Shown piece after piece: positions 32,511 through 42,961 of a stretch of 52,591 nucleotides of DNA. How positions within the stretch are numbered: position 1 is the first letter of the stretch; each line of letters starts with the position of its first letter. Below the pieces are notes generated by a model. That model did no database searches and was not told where the DNA came from. It saw nothing but the letters and a program-made list of their open reading frames with translations. A program made the translations under genes and the position numbers. The stretch lies in the NCBI GenBank assembly GCA_054600435.1, contig BAAIJX010000064.1, forward strand, positions 62,001 to 114,591, in the 5' to 3' direction. Source of the stretch: Neophaeotheca triangularis (Eukaryota).

Positions 32511-33622
32511 GATCTTTGATGAAGCCATTTCGCTCTCGACGTCGCCTTCGCTATCGGCAGATTGCAAGTGAGAGGAGTGTTGCTGTTGAGCCGGGTGCGC
32601 AATTGGGCAGAGCTTGAGTTGGAAGAAAAAGCGGGGTCGAGAAGTCGCACACTCCCGTCGTCCCCTTGTGAGGCGGCAAATCTCGATAGAAGTCGATTTT
32701 TTGAGCAGTACCTAGCAAGTGACGGACAATGGCATTGACCATGTTGCTCCAAGAAGTTGGTAAAGGAAGGTCGACGTTCTTATGCGCTGTCACACGCCAC
32801 CGAGGGTCACGAGGTATATTCGTTGAGGCTTCGCGGCTGGCGTCGCACGCAATCGTCGCAGGCAGTGACCGGATGATTAGATGAAATACTACAAAAGTAG
32901 TGCTGAAGAAAATGTCAGCTCTTCTTCCATCCACTGTATCGATCTTGAAACGTAGTAAATCAAAAGTGATGGCGTCCCTGAAGCTCTCATCGGCGCAGCC
33001 CTCGGCGTTGTGATTGCTGCTGCAATCACACGAAAGCTTCAGGATGCGAAGACGCAACTCAGCAGCTTCTGATCGTTCGTTGGAGCGGAGGTTTCATGCT
33101 TCGAGATCATAATGAATCGATGCGCAAGACGTATTTCTGAATGGATCTGTGCTTGAGATAATCACTTCCCGGCGGTGTTTTGAAAAATCACACTCGAAAG
33201 GTGAGGGCGAAAATGGGCAACGAAGGCAGCGACAAGCGATGGAGGGAGGGCGACCCTTTACTCTGTAAGAGCATACAATGAGCAGGAAGTCGACTACAAG
33301 TGTATTCGAATAGCGGAGATCAAGACGCAGGACACCAAAGAAGGATACAGACTATTCAAAAAGTAACCCAATGATTTGTGCGCAAGAAGAAAAGGAGGAG
33401 TTGGAGGTGCGAAACAAGTCACCAAGTCCAGCGTTGATCCAGTCCGAGTATAAAGAGTCAAGCCCCCCACTCTCGCGCTTGCTTCCTTCCTTCCTCTTCC
33501 CTCATCCCATTTCTTCTTCCATAACCTCGACAACCACACACTTCTCTACTTCACTCACCCCAGATATTATTCGAATCGCAAATACCACTTCCATCACACT
33601 ATCCGAACACTCTTCATCCGCA

Positions 33623-34812
33623 ATGGCACCCAAGAAGAGCACCGCCGCCGGCGCAACGTCAAAGCCCAAGGCTGCGCCCGCGCACTCGAGCTACCAAGGC
33701 GCGTCACTTCACCACAGCGCCCTCTTGCAATTAGCTACTAACTCTTCCTGCAGATATGATCAAAGAGGCAATCATCAACCTCAAGGAGCGCAACGGTAGC
33801 AGGTTAGTACATTCTCGACCTCGCCGTCGCAGTCGTCGCGTCTCTTCAGCGACGAGGCACAGCTTCCCCCAACGCGCGCGCTTGCTTACTGACTTGCTTT
33901 CCCACAGTCGCCAGGCAATCAAGAAATACGTCCAAGCCAACAACGACCTGTCCGCTTCGACCGAGAACCAGTTTACCTCGCAATTCAACAAGGCTCTTCA
34001 AAAGGGCGGTGACTCCGGCGTCTTTGCGCGTCCCAAAGGTACGTTACACGCGATGATCACTTTGACGCATACTCGTTGCTGCAATTGCGGTAATCGATCT
34101 ACGAGCTTCGCCAGCTCTATGCGATGACTGTGATGTCCTTTTGTGTGACCTCGCTGTCGCTTCCCAATCAAGTAATCGACCTTGCTGACGCCCTACCCCA
34201 ACAGGTCCTTCCGGCCCAGTGAAGCTTGCCAAACCCGCCGACAAGGCTGCCACCAAGACCGAGTCGACCACCACCAAGACCAAGGCGCCCGCCAAAGCAA
34301 AGGCCACCAAGGCTGCCGCCGCTGAGAAGCCTGAGAAGGCGGAGAAGGCTGAGAAGAAGCCTGCGACTAAGAAGGTCACCAAGACTACCACAACCACCAA
34401 GAAGGCACCCGCTACGAAGAAGACTACCACCAAGACAACCAAGACTGCCGCAAACACGGGCAAGGCCCGCAAGACTGCAAAGGCGCCGACAAGTGTAGGT
34501 CACCGCCGCCCCATACCCTCGCATTGGATGTGGATTGTGAACGATGGCTACCGCATCCCACTCCCTGAGTTCATGATTGCGTCGCTCGTGACCAAAGAAC
34601 TCTTTACATGTCAAGAAGAGTACGAAGAGTACATGTCAAAGAGAAGTCTTACTCACTTTACTGTCCCACAGGCTCCCGCCGTCGAAGAGAAGACCGCGGT
34701 CGTGCTGGGCAAGACCAAGTCGGGCCGCGTCACCAAGTCGAACGCTCCTCAGCCCGCTGCCGCACCCAAGAAGGCAGCGGTCAAGAAGACGACGACGAAG
34801 ACCAAGGCATAG
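33623..34812 (+). CDS. HHO1: Linker histone H1; exons 33623-33698, 33754-33802, 33908-34038, 34205-34494, 34672-34812
   Basis: Globular domain [54 protein letters not shown]; Lys/Ala/Thr-rich tail with LGKTKSGRVTK. The first intron needs a GC donor. Confidence 0.93.
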
Positions 34813-36229
34813 ACGACGCGTCATGCACGCGACGTAATGCGACACGGCGAGAACTTTACGACGAGAAGGATTCGGGTACGGCGTCTTTTGGCGCTCTATC
34901 GGGAAGGGAAATCGGGACAGCTTCTTTGTGTGATACCATGAAACGAAAAGGGTCGAGATGGGAGGGAAGTGGGACTCTTTTTTTTTTTTTTTTCTCCTCG
35001 ACTTTTGCTTGCTACTGTGGGAGAGGCTCGGCGTTTTTTTGTGCTTTTTCATCCCACGCTGATGGCACGATGGCTAGGCGACGGCTTTTGTCTCTTTTGT
35101 TGTTTCCTCTTGCTGCCATTGTAAGAGCCTGTCGAGATAGGTACATATCGGTATCAGCGTCTTGAATGTTGCATCTTTGTCGAGGTGTTGCTTCACATTG
35201 GTTGGAAGAGGAATCGTTGGGGTTCTTCTTCTCTTTTTTCTGTCACTCTCTGAATTCCACGTCTACCTACTGTAAGGTACGGACAGTCTGGATCCTCGAG
35301 ATGCCTTGGATGGAGGTGGCCCGGGGACGGGAGGTCTCGTCTCTGGGCGTCCATGTTTACTTCAAACGTCACCTCGCGCGCGGTGGTACGTGCTATCGAC
35401 GGCCGGGCGCTAGCGGAAGTCTGTCTTGGAACAATGAGTACGGTAGTAAGTACCTGCCTTACCTACTAGTAGTCTTAAGGCAGACACCCGTAGACGAGTA
35501 CAGTGCAGTATGTAATAAGAGACAAGGACGACGACGACGATTCTTTTTCTAAGCGGTATCGGATCGTAGTTGAGAGGGAGTGATGCTCCACCGTCCCAGG
35601 TTGGAAACGTGATGATTAGGTAGTATGCTCGATTGACGTACCATTACTGAGCTGGTTGTTTGTCACTTTCTACATGAATGTCGAACTCGACTACCATCTG
35701 CTCTGCGAGTATTGAAATTGCTAGTAATTACCTACAGAGCCTCGAAAGACTCGAACAGAAATGCCTACGACTGTCTGAATACACTCGAACCAACTCTCGT
35801 ACTGCGTAGACCACGCCGGCGCGAGCGAGAGGGTCAGAGTTTGAGTTGAACAGCCCGGACTCGAGCAAGCCGATCGTGACACCAGCCACCCTCCCACCCC
35901 ACCCGGACTTTGGTCTGATCGCCCGAACCGGCAGATCGACGGCGGCGCAAGCTAGCGGTCAGTAGTACTAGTAGTACCTTACCTTACCTAGCAGTAACAG
36001 CCGCTCGTGGGGAAAAGCACTTAATAATAAGACGGCGGGGGACAGCTCCGAGGACAGCCACGAGCCACCTGCACTGCACCTAGTAAGTCTTCAGCCACTT
36101 GTAGTCGGTTTCGGGAGAGCCTTCCTTGATACTGCCGCATCCATACTCCAAATCAAAGACACTCGAGAAGCTCAATCGCGCACAGAATCAACGACTCGCT
36201 CCTTGGAATGTTGATTTTCGCCCCACAGA

Positions 36230-39200
36230 ATGGATAGGCGCAGTACGGCGACGACGCCCAAGGCCGGCGCAATGGGAGATGCAACAACCAAGAAAACAGT
36301 CCCCCCGGCGGCGGCGAGGTCGAGTACAACCGCAACGACCCGCACGCCGGCTGCGACAGGGACGACACAGAACTCGAGGACTACTAGTACGGTCCCCTCG
36401 AGAACCGGCGCTACCGGCAGTACCATCAGTAAACCTCCGACAAGACCTGTTGCTCGCAAGCCTCCTGTCCCGCCCCGTGATGGAGCGGCTTCCGTTGCCT
36501 CCTCAATTGAGGGGGAGGAGAACAAGAAGCCCTCGAGTCGTCCTTCGATGATCGGGGCGAGGACGAGCAGTAAGCCTGACCTCAGCGCCGATAAATCGAG
36601 ACGCACCACAATGGCCGGGGCAGCAAGTAGCGTTGGAGCTGCACCGCCCAAGAGGCCATTAACGACGACGACTCGAACGACAACGACAGGAACAGCTAGT
36701 CCTGGCAAACCAAAAGCAACACCTCCAGCCGCGGCTGCCACGAAACCCACGCCTTTACGACCTGCAAAGACCACACCCACGCCCGCATCAATCGAGACGG
36801 GACGTATGGCAGCCGCGAGAGCCAAAACATCATCGCCAGAAGCTATACCAGAAGAGCCCTCCTCCCCCTCATCCACCGCGCCCTCAATCCCAGCAACCAC
36901 AGGCTCCACAACCGACCACCCCCCTTCCCCACCCAAACTCGCCATTCGCAAAACACCCCCAGCTCTACCCAAACAACCCGCAACCGCCTCCCCCTCCGCC
37001 ACCGAGAGCCCCCCCAAACCCCGCTCCGCACCCGCCTCAAGGCATATCCGCGCGCAATCGGCACAAATCCCTCCCCAAAGACCTTCCACCGCCCCGCACT
37101 CGCAAGCCCCGCAGAGCTTGAACGAGCGCGACCAGGGCCTGCGGGATATGGAGATTGTGCAGAATTTGCTGCGGGAGAGCACGGCGCGGGAAACGCTGGT
37201 GCAGGAGAATGCGGAGTTGAAAGCCGAGGTCGCGAGGATGGAAGCGGGGAAGAGGCGGAAGAGTGGGAGTGAGACGGATGTTGGTGGTGGTGAGGGAGGG
37301 GAAGAGAAGGAGCTGCTGAAACGGGAGTTGGAAGATGCCAAGGGCGCGCATGAAGCTGCCGTTTTGGCGCTCGAACGCGGGCATCAGGCTGAACTTCGGG
37401 GGTTGGCGGAGCAGCTTGCGCAGCAGCGGTCTCGGTCTTCGCATCTGGTTGGTGTGGAGGAGAAGATTGAGACGGTCGAGGCGGCGCTTAGTTCTACGAG
37501 AGATGCGGCCGATTCGGCCCAAGTGAAGATGCGGCGGGAGATTCGGCAGAAGGAGGCGGATCGCGAGGAGTTGGCTAGGGTTGTTGAGGAGTTGAAATGC
37601 GAGATTGATCGGTGTCAGATAAAGCTTGATGAGGATGTTAGGGAGCAAGGGCGGGAGAGGGATAGGGCGAGGAAAGAGATGGAGGCTTTGAAGAGGGAGT
37701 TGGCGGTTGAGAGGGAGAAGGGGAGGGGTTTGGAAAAGGGGGAGGAAGAGAGGGTTCGGGGTTTGGAGGGGGAGCTGGAGGCTTTGAGGGGGCTGAAGGG
37801 GGAGTTAGAGGAGGAGGTGCAAGGGCTGCGGACGAGTGCTGCACATGCGGAGGAGGCGAGTAAGCGGTTGCAGGTTGAGCTCGAGAAGGTAAGAGAAGAG
37901 GGGGAGAAAGAGGTAAGTGAGACGGCCAAGGCGCTGGAAGAGTCGAGGAAGATGGTCGAGACGACGCGGAAAGAGATGAAAAAGATGGAGAAGCAGCTGG
38001 GATCGAAGCTCGAGAATGCCAAACGCCAGTCTCAGGACAGCGAGAAGCTAGTCTCGAGCTTGCGTTCTGAACTCGAAACTCTGCAAGAGCAACGCAAAGC
38101 CGACCGCGAGAACAGCCAAAAGCTGGAGAACGACAGCCAAAAGGTCGTCGAAGAGCTGCAAAACCAACTCAAGCAACTCCAACAAGACGGCACGGAAAGC
38201 AGCCAAGTAGTCGAAACTCTACAAACCGAACTCGCCGAGCTCCGCCGTCTCAAAACCGAAACCGAACAACAAACCCAGACCCAAACCCAAGAATCCCAAT
38301 CCCTCATCTCCTCCCTCCAAAATAAACTCCAAACCTCCACCCAAACCCACTCCGACGAGCTCTCGCGCGCGCACGCCGATGGCCAAAACCTCTCCTCCGT
38401 GATCGCGGACTTCCAAACCAAAACCACAGACCTCGAACACCGCCTGCAAGACTCGGAAACCTCCAAGCAATCCACAGTCACTTCGCTGCAAGAGCAAATC
38501 GCCGCCCTGGAGCTGGAAGCCGAGAATCTAAAATCGCGCTCCGAAGAGCAGGTCACCGCCGCGCAGACGGAGAACTCCAACCTCAACTCCGTCGTCGAGG
38601 AGTTGCAACTGAAACTGCGCGAGCGGGAGCAAGCTGCCGAGGCGCGTGAGGGCGAGGATGGCCAAACGGGCGAGTTGGTTGGTAGACTGCAGGACGAAGT
38701 GCAAGACTGGCAGCAGCGGTTCCAAGACGCCGACGAGGCTTGGGAGAAGGCTAGCGCCAAAGTGCGCGAGCAAAGTGAGGCGAAGGCTGCGCTTGCTAGG
38801 CAGCTTGAGGAGGCGCGGAAGCGGTTGCATGGCCAGGTCGCTGCGGTTGAGACTCGGGATGCGCGCGCGACCGAGTTGCAGTCGGAGCTTGCCGAGGCGA
38901 GGGGTGCGAAGGCTGAGGCCGAGTCGAGTCTGCAGGCTGTCAGGGAGGAGGTGGGGAGTTTGCGGAGCGTGCTTGAGGGGTTCGAGGCCGATGCTGGGGC
39001 TCGGGAGGCGAGGTTGACGGAGGCTTTTGAGCGGGAGAAGGCGGAGCTGGAGGCTGGTCACTCGACGGCGCTTGGACTGGCCGAGGACCGTGTTGCGGAG
39101 CTCGAGGGCGAGAAAGAGAGGGCCCGGAGCGATTTGCGCGAGCAGCAAGCCGGCGAGCTCGAAGCCCTGCGGGCGAAGATGGAGGCCGCGACGAGCGAAG

Positions 39201-42200
39201 CCGTGGCCGAGCGAGCTTCTCTGCGGGAAACTTTGGCCTCGGTGCAAAAGGATCTGGAAACCCGGGAGCGGGAGCTGGAGGCTTTCAGACTGCAGACTGA
39301 AGACGCCGAGGCCGCGGAGCGTCGGGAGCGCGAGAAGGAAGCGCTGCTTGAGGGCATCGTGGGCGAGAGGGATAAGGCTGAGGCTGTTTTGAGGGAGCAG
39401 CATGAGCTTCGACTTAGGGAGTTGAGGGAGGGTTTTGACGAGGCTAGCGCTGCTGCTGAGGCTGAGAAGAAGGTTTTGGGGGAGAGTTTGGCTGCGGCGC
39501 GGGCGGATGTCTCCCAGCGTGATGGGGAGGTTGAGACTGTCCAGGCGGCTAAGGCGGAAGTGGAGGTTGAGAGGGAGAGGCTGGAGGGGGTCTTGGAGGA
39601 TTTAAGAGCAGAGGTTAAGGAGCGGAGTGGGGAGATTGAGGCTTTGAAGCGGGAGGTCGAGGGCCGCGACGCTGAGTTTGGGAGGGAATTGCAGCTTCTG
39701 GAACAGCGGATGGACGATGCCGTCGCGGCTGCGGCTGCGGAGAAAGCGCGGCTCCAGTCTGCTTTGGCGGATGTGCGTGCGGAGAAGGAGGCTGGGGATC
39801 GGGAGTTGGAGGCTCTGAAGTCGGAAGCGGACGAGGCTGAGGATGGAAAGGCTTCGCTGCGGGAAGAGCATCGCGCGCAATTGCGGACTCTGGAGGAAGG
39901 CATGGAGGCTGCCGAAGCTGAGACCGAGGCGGAGAAGAAGCGGTTCGAGAATGAATATAACGCTGCTCGCGATGACCTGGAGGCTAGGGCTGGCGAAGAG
40001 CGCGCGGCGCACGAGGAACAACTTCAAGCTATAGGACAGCGAATGGCAGACTCGACGAAAGCGGCGGAAGCCGAGAAGGCGCGTTTGGAAGCCGCTCTAG
40101 CGGATTTCCGGGCGGAAAGAGAGGCTTCGGAGCAGGAAATCCGGGGTTTGAGGTCCGGAAACGAAGAGGTGCAGGCTGAGCATCGTAGGGAATTGCAGGT
40201 TTTGGAGCGGCGCATGGCGGATGCGGTTGCTGCGGCCGACGCCGAGAGGTTGCGTTTGCGGGCTGAGCTGGACACTGCGAGGGATGATTTGGAACTTCGG
40301 GATTCGCGCGTCGAGCGGCTCGAGGGGTTGCGCGGGGAGATTGAGAGGGAGAGGGATGAGTTGGGGGAGGGGTATGAGGCGCAACTTGAGGTTTTGGAGG
40401 AGCGGATGGCGGAGGCTGTGAGGGCGGGGGATGCGGCTCAGGAGGCTCGCGAGAGGGAGGTCGAGACTGTTAAAATTGAGGCGAGGGAGAGTAGGGCTGG
40501 GTTGGAGGATGAGTTGAGGGAAGGGTATAGGACGCAACTTGAGGCTTTGGAGGAGCGGATGGCGGAGGCTGTGAGGGCGGGGGATGCGGCTCAGGAGGCT
40601 TGCGAGAGGGAGGTTGAGAATGTGAAGGTTGAGGCGAGGGAGAGTAAGGCTAGTCTCGAGGCTGCGATGCGGGAAGAGCATGGGATGCAACTCGAGGCGC
40701 TTGAGGAGCGGATGCAGGCTGCCGTGCAGGCTGCGGATGCTGAGAAGACGAACTTGGAAGACGAGATGAAGCGTTTGAGAGTCGATCTGGAAGATCGCGA
40801 TGCAAAGCTCGGAGCTCTGCAGACTGCTGCCACGGACTCTGGTGTCCAAGTTGAGGAGCTAAGAGAATCGGATGCGGTGAAGGCGCGGCATATCGTTGAG
40901 CTGAAGGAGTCGCTGGATGAGCTTGATCAAGAAAAAGCCGTACTCGAAGAGACTCTCAAGAAAGCGGGTCTCGAACGCCAGGGAGCGCTTGATGAGCAAG
41001 CTGAGAAGCATGCGGCTCAGCTTGAGAGAAGCGATGCCAATGCTCGCGAGATGCAGACGAGGGTTGACGACTTGGCGCAGACTGGTACAGAGGCTTTGAG
41101 AGTGCAATTGGAGAAGGCTGAAGCTGAACGTGCTGAGGCGCTGGAGAAGCTGAACAGGGAACATGATGCTGTCGTTGAGGAGAAGAATAGGCTGCTCGAG
41201 GAAAGAGATGCGAAGGTGCAAGAGTTGAGGAATCGGATGGATGGACTTGCTGCCCGGAGTACAGAGTCTTTGAGTGCCGAGTTGGAGAAGGCTGAGAATG
41301 AGCACGCCATAGCGCTTGATGTTCTGAGGAGGGAGCATGAAGCTGCGTTGGCCGAAAAGGACAGAGGGCTTGAAGAACAGGCTGAGCAAAGCAAGGCCAA
41401 TGTCCGAGAACTGCGGAAGCAGATCGACCAACTTGCTTCACAAAGTACCGACTCTTTGATGGTGGAGCTGCAGAAGGCTGAGGATGAACATCACAAGACT
41501 TTGGACTCTGTCAAGAGAGAGCACGAGGCTGCTCTAAGCGAGAAGGATCGCTTGCTTGGCCAACAGGCAGACAAGAGCAGCGCGAGTAGTCGTGAACTCC
41601 AGAAGCAGATCGAGGACCTAGCGGCAGAAAGCACCGAGTCACTGAGAGGCGCCCTGGACAAAGCCGAAGCAGAGCATAGTTCGGCACTCGCGACACTCTC
41701 GAGGGAGCATGAACAAGCGTACAAGGCTTTGCAATCGAAGATTGACGACCTGGCCGAGAGCAAGGCCGCTCTCGAAGATGAAGTCGACAAAGTCCGCGAG
41801 GACAGAGCGCTCGGCAATGACCCTGGTGTGCGCGATCTGCGACGATCCGTCGGCGACCTCCAAGCCGACAAAGGCGCTCTTCTCCGTCAGCTAGACAATG
41901 CCGCCGAGGAGCGCGCAGACGCACAGGCGCAGGTGCGATTCCTCGAGAATCGACTCCAAGACCTCGAGGGGTCGATGAATGCTCTTGAATCTGGTCATGT
42001 GCAAGCGATGCAGAAGCTCGCGGCGCAGCATGAGCGGAGCTTGCAAGAGGCGGCGGACCAGCATGCTTACCAAATCGCCGAGATCGAAGAGCAAGCAGCC
42101 AGGCGCGCTGAAGCGGCCGCCGCTGAGCGCCGGAGAGCAGACATTGATGCCCTCGAGGACAGTCGGGCCGCGGAGCTGGAAAGGACACCCGGTGAAGACT

Positions 42201-42961
42201 CCTTTAACCCCCGCGACTCACACCGACAAGCCCACCGTCCCGAATCCCCATCATCCGAACTCGAAGAACTCTCCCATGTCTTCGTCAACCACCCTCTGCG
42301 CTCGGTAGAGCCCATCATCCCCGCACGACGAACCCGGCAACACCGCTCCCCCTCCTTCCCGGAGGAAACCACAGCCACTACTTCCTCCCCACCAGCCTCC
42401 TACCCCCGCTCCAGCACATCCCCATACCCCCAAAACTCCGAAGTACAAAACCTACAACAAGAAAACACAGACCTCGCGCTCGCGTTACGCGCCGCCAAAT
42501 CCGAAATCAACAGCATGCGCGCCTTCTTCAGCTCGCCACTCCACAACAACAACAGCGCAGCGCGTTTCGCGCAATCCCACGGCTCCAACGGCATCTTCAG
42601 CCCGCGCGCTTCCCGCCGTCCCGTTTCCTCTTCCTACTCGCCTTCTAGTCTACACTTCGACCACGACGCTCACGTCGCCGACGACCAGGCCGACAACGCC
42701 GGTATGACGCTCGAAGGCACTCTCGAGTCTCTGCGTGTGCAGACGGAGCAGTTGATGGAGGTTAATGAGGATTTTATCCAATTGGCGGATTCGAGGAGGC
42801 GGTCTTCGGCTGGGAAGAGGAGGAGTTGGGGGAGGAGTCGCGGGTCTGGGGGCGTGGGGCAGGGGGGTTCGTGGAGGGAGGGTGGGTTTGGTGCCGGTGT
42901 CGGGATTGAGAGGAGTCCGTTGAGGTTGGAGGGGAGTTCGCCCGTGAGGGCTAGGGTGTAG
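36230..42961 (+). CDS. Giant coiled-coil protein (2243 aa) with basic Pro/Thr/Ser-rich N-terminus and internal repeats
   Basis: Uninterrupted 6.7-kb ORF; E/K/R/A/L heptad-type composition over roughly 1700 aa; short C-terminal motif MTLEGTLESLRVQTEQLMEVNEDF. A cccacag acceptor-like site just before the ATG hints at an upstream exon. Confidence 0.85.
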   Translation: MDRRSTATTPKAGAMGDATTKKTVPPAAARSSTTATTRTPAATGTTQNSRTTSTVPSRTGATGSTISKPPTRPVARKPPVPPRDGAASVASSIEGEENKKPSSRPSMIGARTSSKPDLSADKSRRTTMAGAASSVGAAPPKRPLTTTTRTTTTGTASPGKPKATPPAAAATKPTPLRPAKTTPTPASIETGRMAAARAKTSSPEAIPEEPSSPSSTAPSIPATTGSTTDHPPSPPKLAIRKTPPALPKQPATASPSATESPPKPRSAPASRHIRAQSAQIPPQRPSTAPHSQAPQSLNERDQGLRDMEIVQNLLRESTARETLVQENAELKAEVARMEAGKRRKSGSETDVGGGEGGEEKELLKRELEDAKGAHEAAVLALERGHQAELRGLAEQLAQQRSRSSHLVGVEEKIETVEAALSSTRDAADSAQVKMRREIRQKEADREELARVVEELKCEIDRCQIKLDEDVREQGRERDRARKEMEALKRELAVEREKGRGLEKGEEERVRGLEGELEALRGLKGELEEEVQGLRTSAAHAEEASKRLQVELEKVREEGEKEVSETAKALEESRKMVETTRKEMKKMEKQLGSKLENAKRQSQDSEKLVSSLRSELETLQEQRKADRENSQKLENDSQKVVEELQNQLKQLQQDGTESSQVVETLQTELAELRRLKTETEQQTQTQTQESQSLISSLQNKLQTSTQTHSDELSRAHADGQNLSSVIADFQTKTTDLEHRLQDSETSKQSTVTSLQEQIAALELEAENLKSRSEEQVTAAQTENSNLNSVVEELQLKLREREQAAEAREGEDGQTGELVGRLQDEVQDWQQRFQDADEAWEKASAKVREQSEAKAALARQLEEARKRLHGQVAAVETRDARATELQSELAEARGAKAEAESSLQAVREEVGSLRSVLEGFEADAGAREARLTEAFEREKAELEAGHSTALGLAEDRVAELEGEKERARSDLREQQAGELEALRAKMEAATSEAVAERASLRETLASVQKDLETRERELEAFRLQTEDAEAAERREREKEALLEGIVGERDKAEAVLREQHELRLRELREGFDEASAAAEAEKKVLGESLAAARADVSQRDGEVETVQAAKAEVEVERERLEGVLEDLRAEVKERSGEIEALKREVEGRDAEFGRELQLLEQRMDDAVAAAAAEKARLQSALADVRAEKEAGDRELEALKSEADEAEDGKASLREEHRAQLRTLEEGMEAAEAETEAEKKRFENEYNAARDDLEARAGEERAAHEEQLQAIGQRMADSTKAAEAEKARLEAALADFRAEREASEQEIRGLRSGNEEVQAEHRRELQVLERRMADAVAAADAERLRLRAELDTARDDLELRDSRVERLEGLRGEIERERDELGEGYEAQLEVLEERMAEAVRAGDAAQEAREREVETVKIEARESRAGLEDELREGYRTQLEALEERMAEAVRAGDAAQEACEREVENVKVEARESKASLEAAMREEHGMQLEALEERMQAAVQAADAEKTNLEDEMKRLRVDLEDRDAKLGALQTAATDSGVQVEELRESDAVKARHIVELKESLDELDQEKAVLEETLKKAGLERQGALDEQAEKHAAQLERSDANAREMQTRVDDLAQTGTEALRVQLEKAEAERAEALEKLNREHDAVVEEKNRLLEERDAKVQELRNRMDGLAARSTESLSAELEKAENEHAIALDVLRREHEAALAEKDRGLEEQAEQSKANVRELRKQIDQLASQSTDSLMVELQKAEDEHHKTLDSVKREHEAALSEKDRLLGQQADKSSASSRELQKQIEDLAAESTESLRGALDKAEAEHSSALATLSREHEQAYKALQSKIDDLAESKAALEDEVDKVREDRALGNDPGVRDLRRSVGDLQADKGALLRQLDNAAEERADAQAQVRFLENRLQDLEGSMNALESGHVQAMQKLAAQHERSLQEAADQHAYQIAEIEEQAARRAEAAAAERRRADIDALEDSRAAELERTPGEDSFNPRDSHRQAHRPESPSSELEELSHVFVNHPLRSVEPIIPARRTRQHRSPSFPEETTATTSSPPASYPRSSTSPYPQNSEVQNLQQENTDLALALRAAKSEINSMRAFFSSPLHNNNSAARFAQSHGSNGIFSPRASRRPVSSSYSPSSLHFDHDAHVADDQADNAGMTLEGTLESLRVQTEQLMEVNEDFIQLADSRRRSSAGKRRSWGRSRGSGGVGQGGSWREGGFGAGVGIERSPLRLEGSSPVRARV
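40370..40680 (+). repeat. Near-identical 153-nt (51-aa) tandem duplication inside the coiled-coil gene
   Basis: gcaacttgagg..ttggaggagcggatggcggaggctgtgagggcgggggatgcggctcaggaggct starts at 40381 and again at 40534. Confidence 0.92.

Noticed and set aside
34039..34204. Long H1 intron 3 as a snoRNA host
   Set aside because: Only imperfect box-C-like motifs; the single CTGA is the branch site; no guide complementarity recognised.
40370..40680. Direct repeats as CRISPR array or LTRs
   Set aside because: In-frame coding duplication in a eukaryotic gene; no spacers or transposon ORFs.
36172..42594. Many antisense and alternate-frame ORFs over the coiled-coil gene
   Set aside because: Expected from GAG/GCG-rich repetitive coding sequence; Ser/Leu/Pro-rich with no domains.
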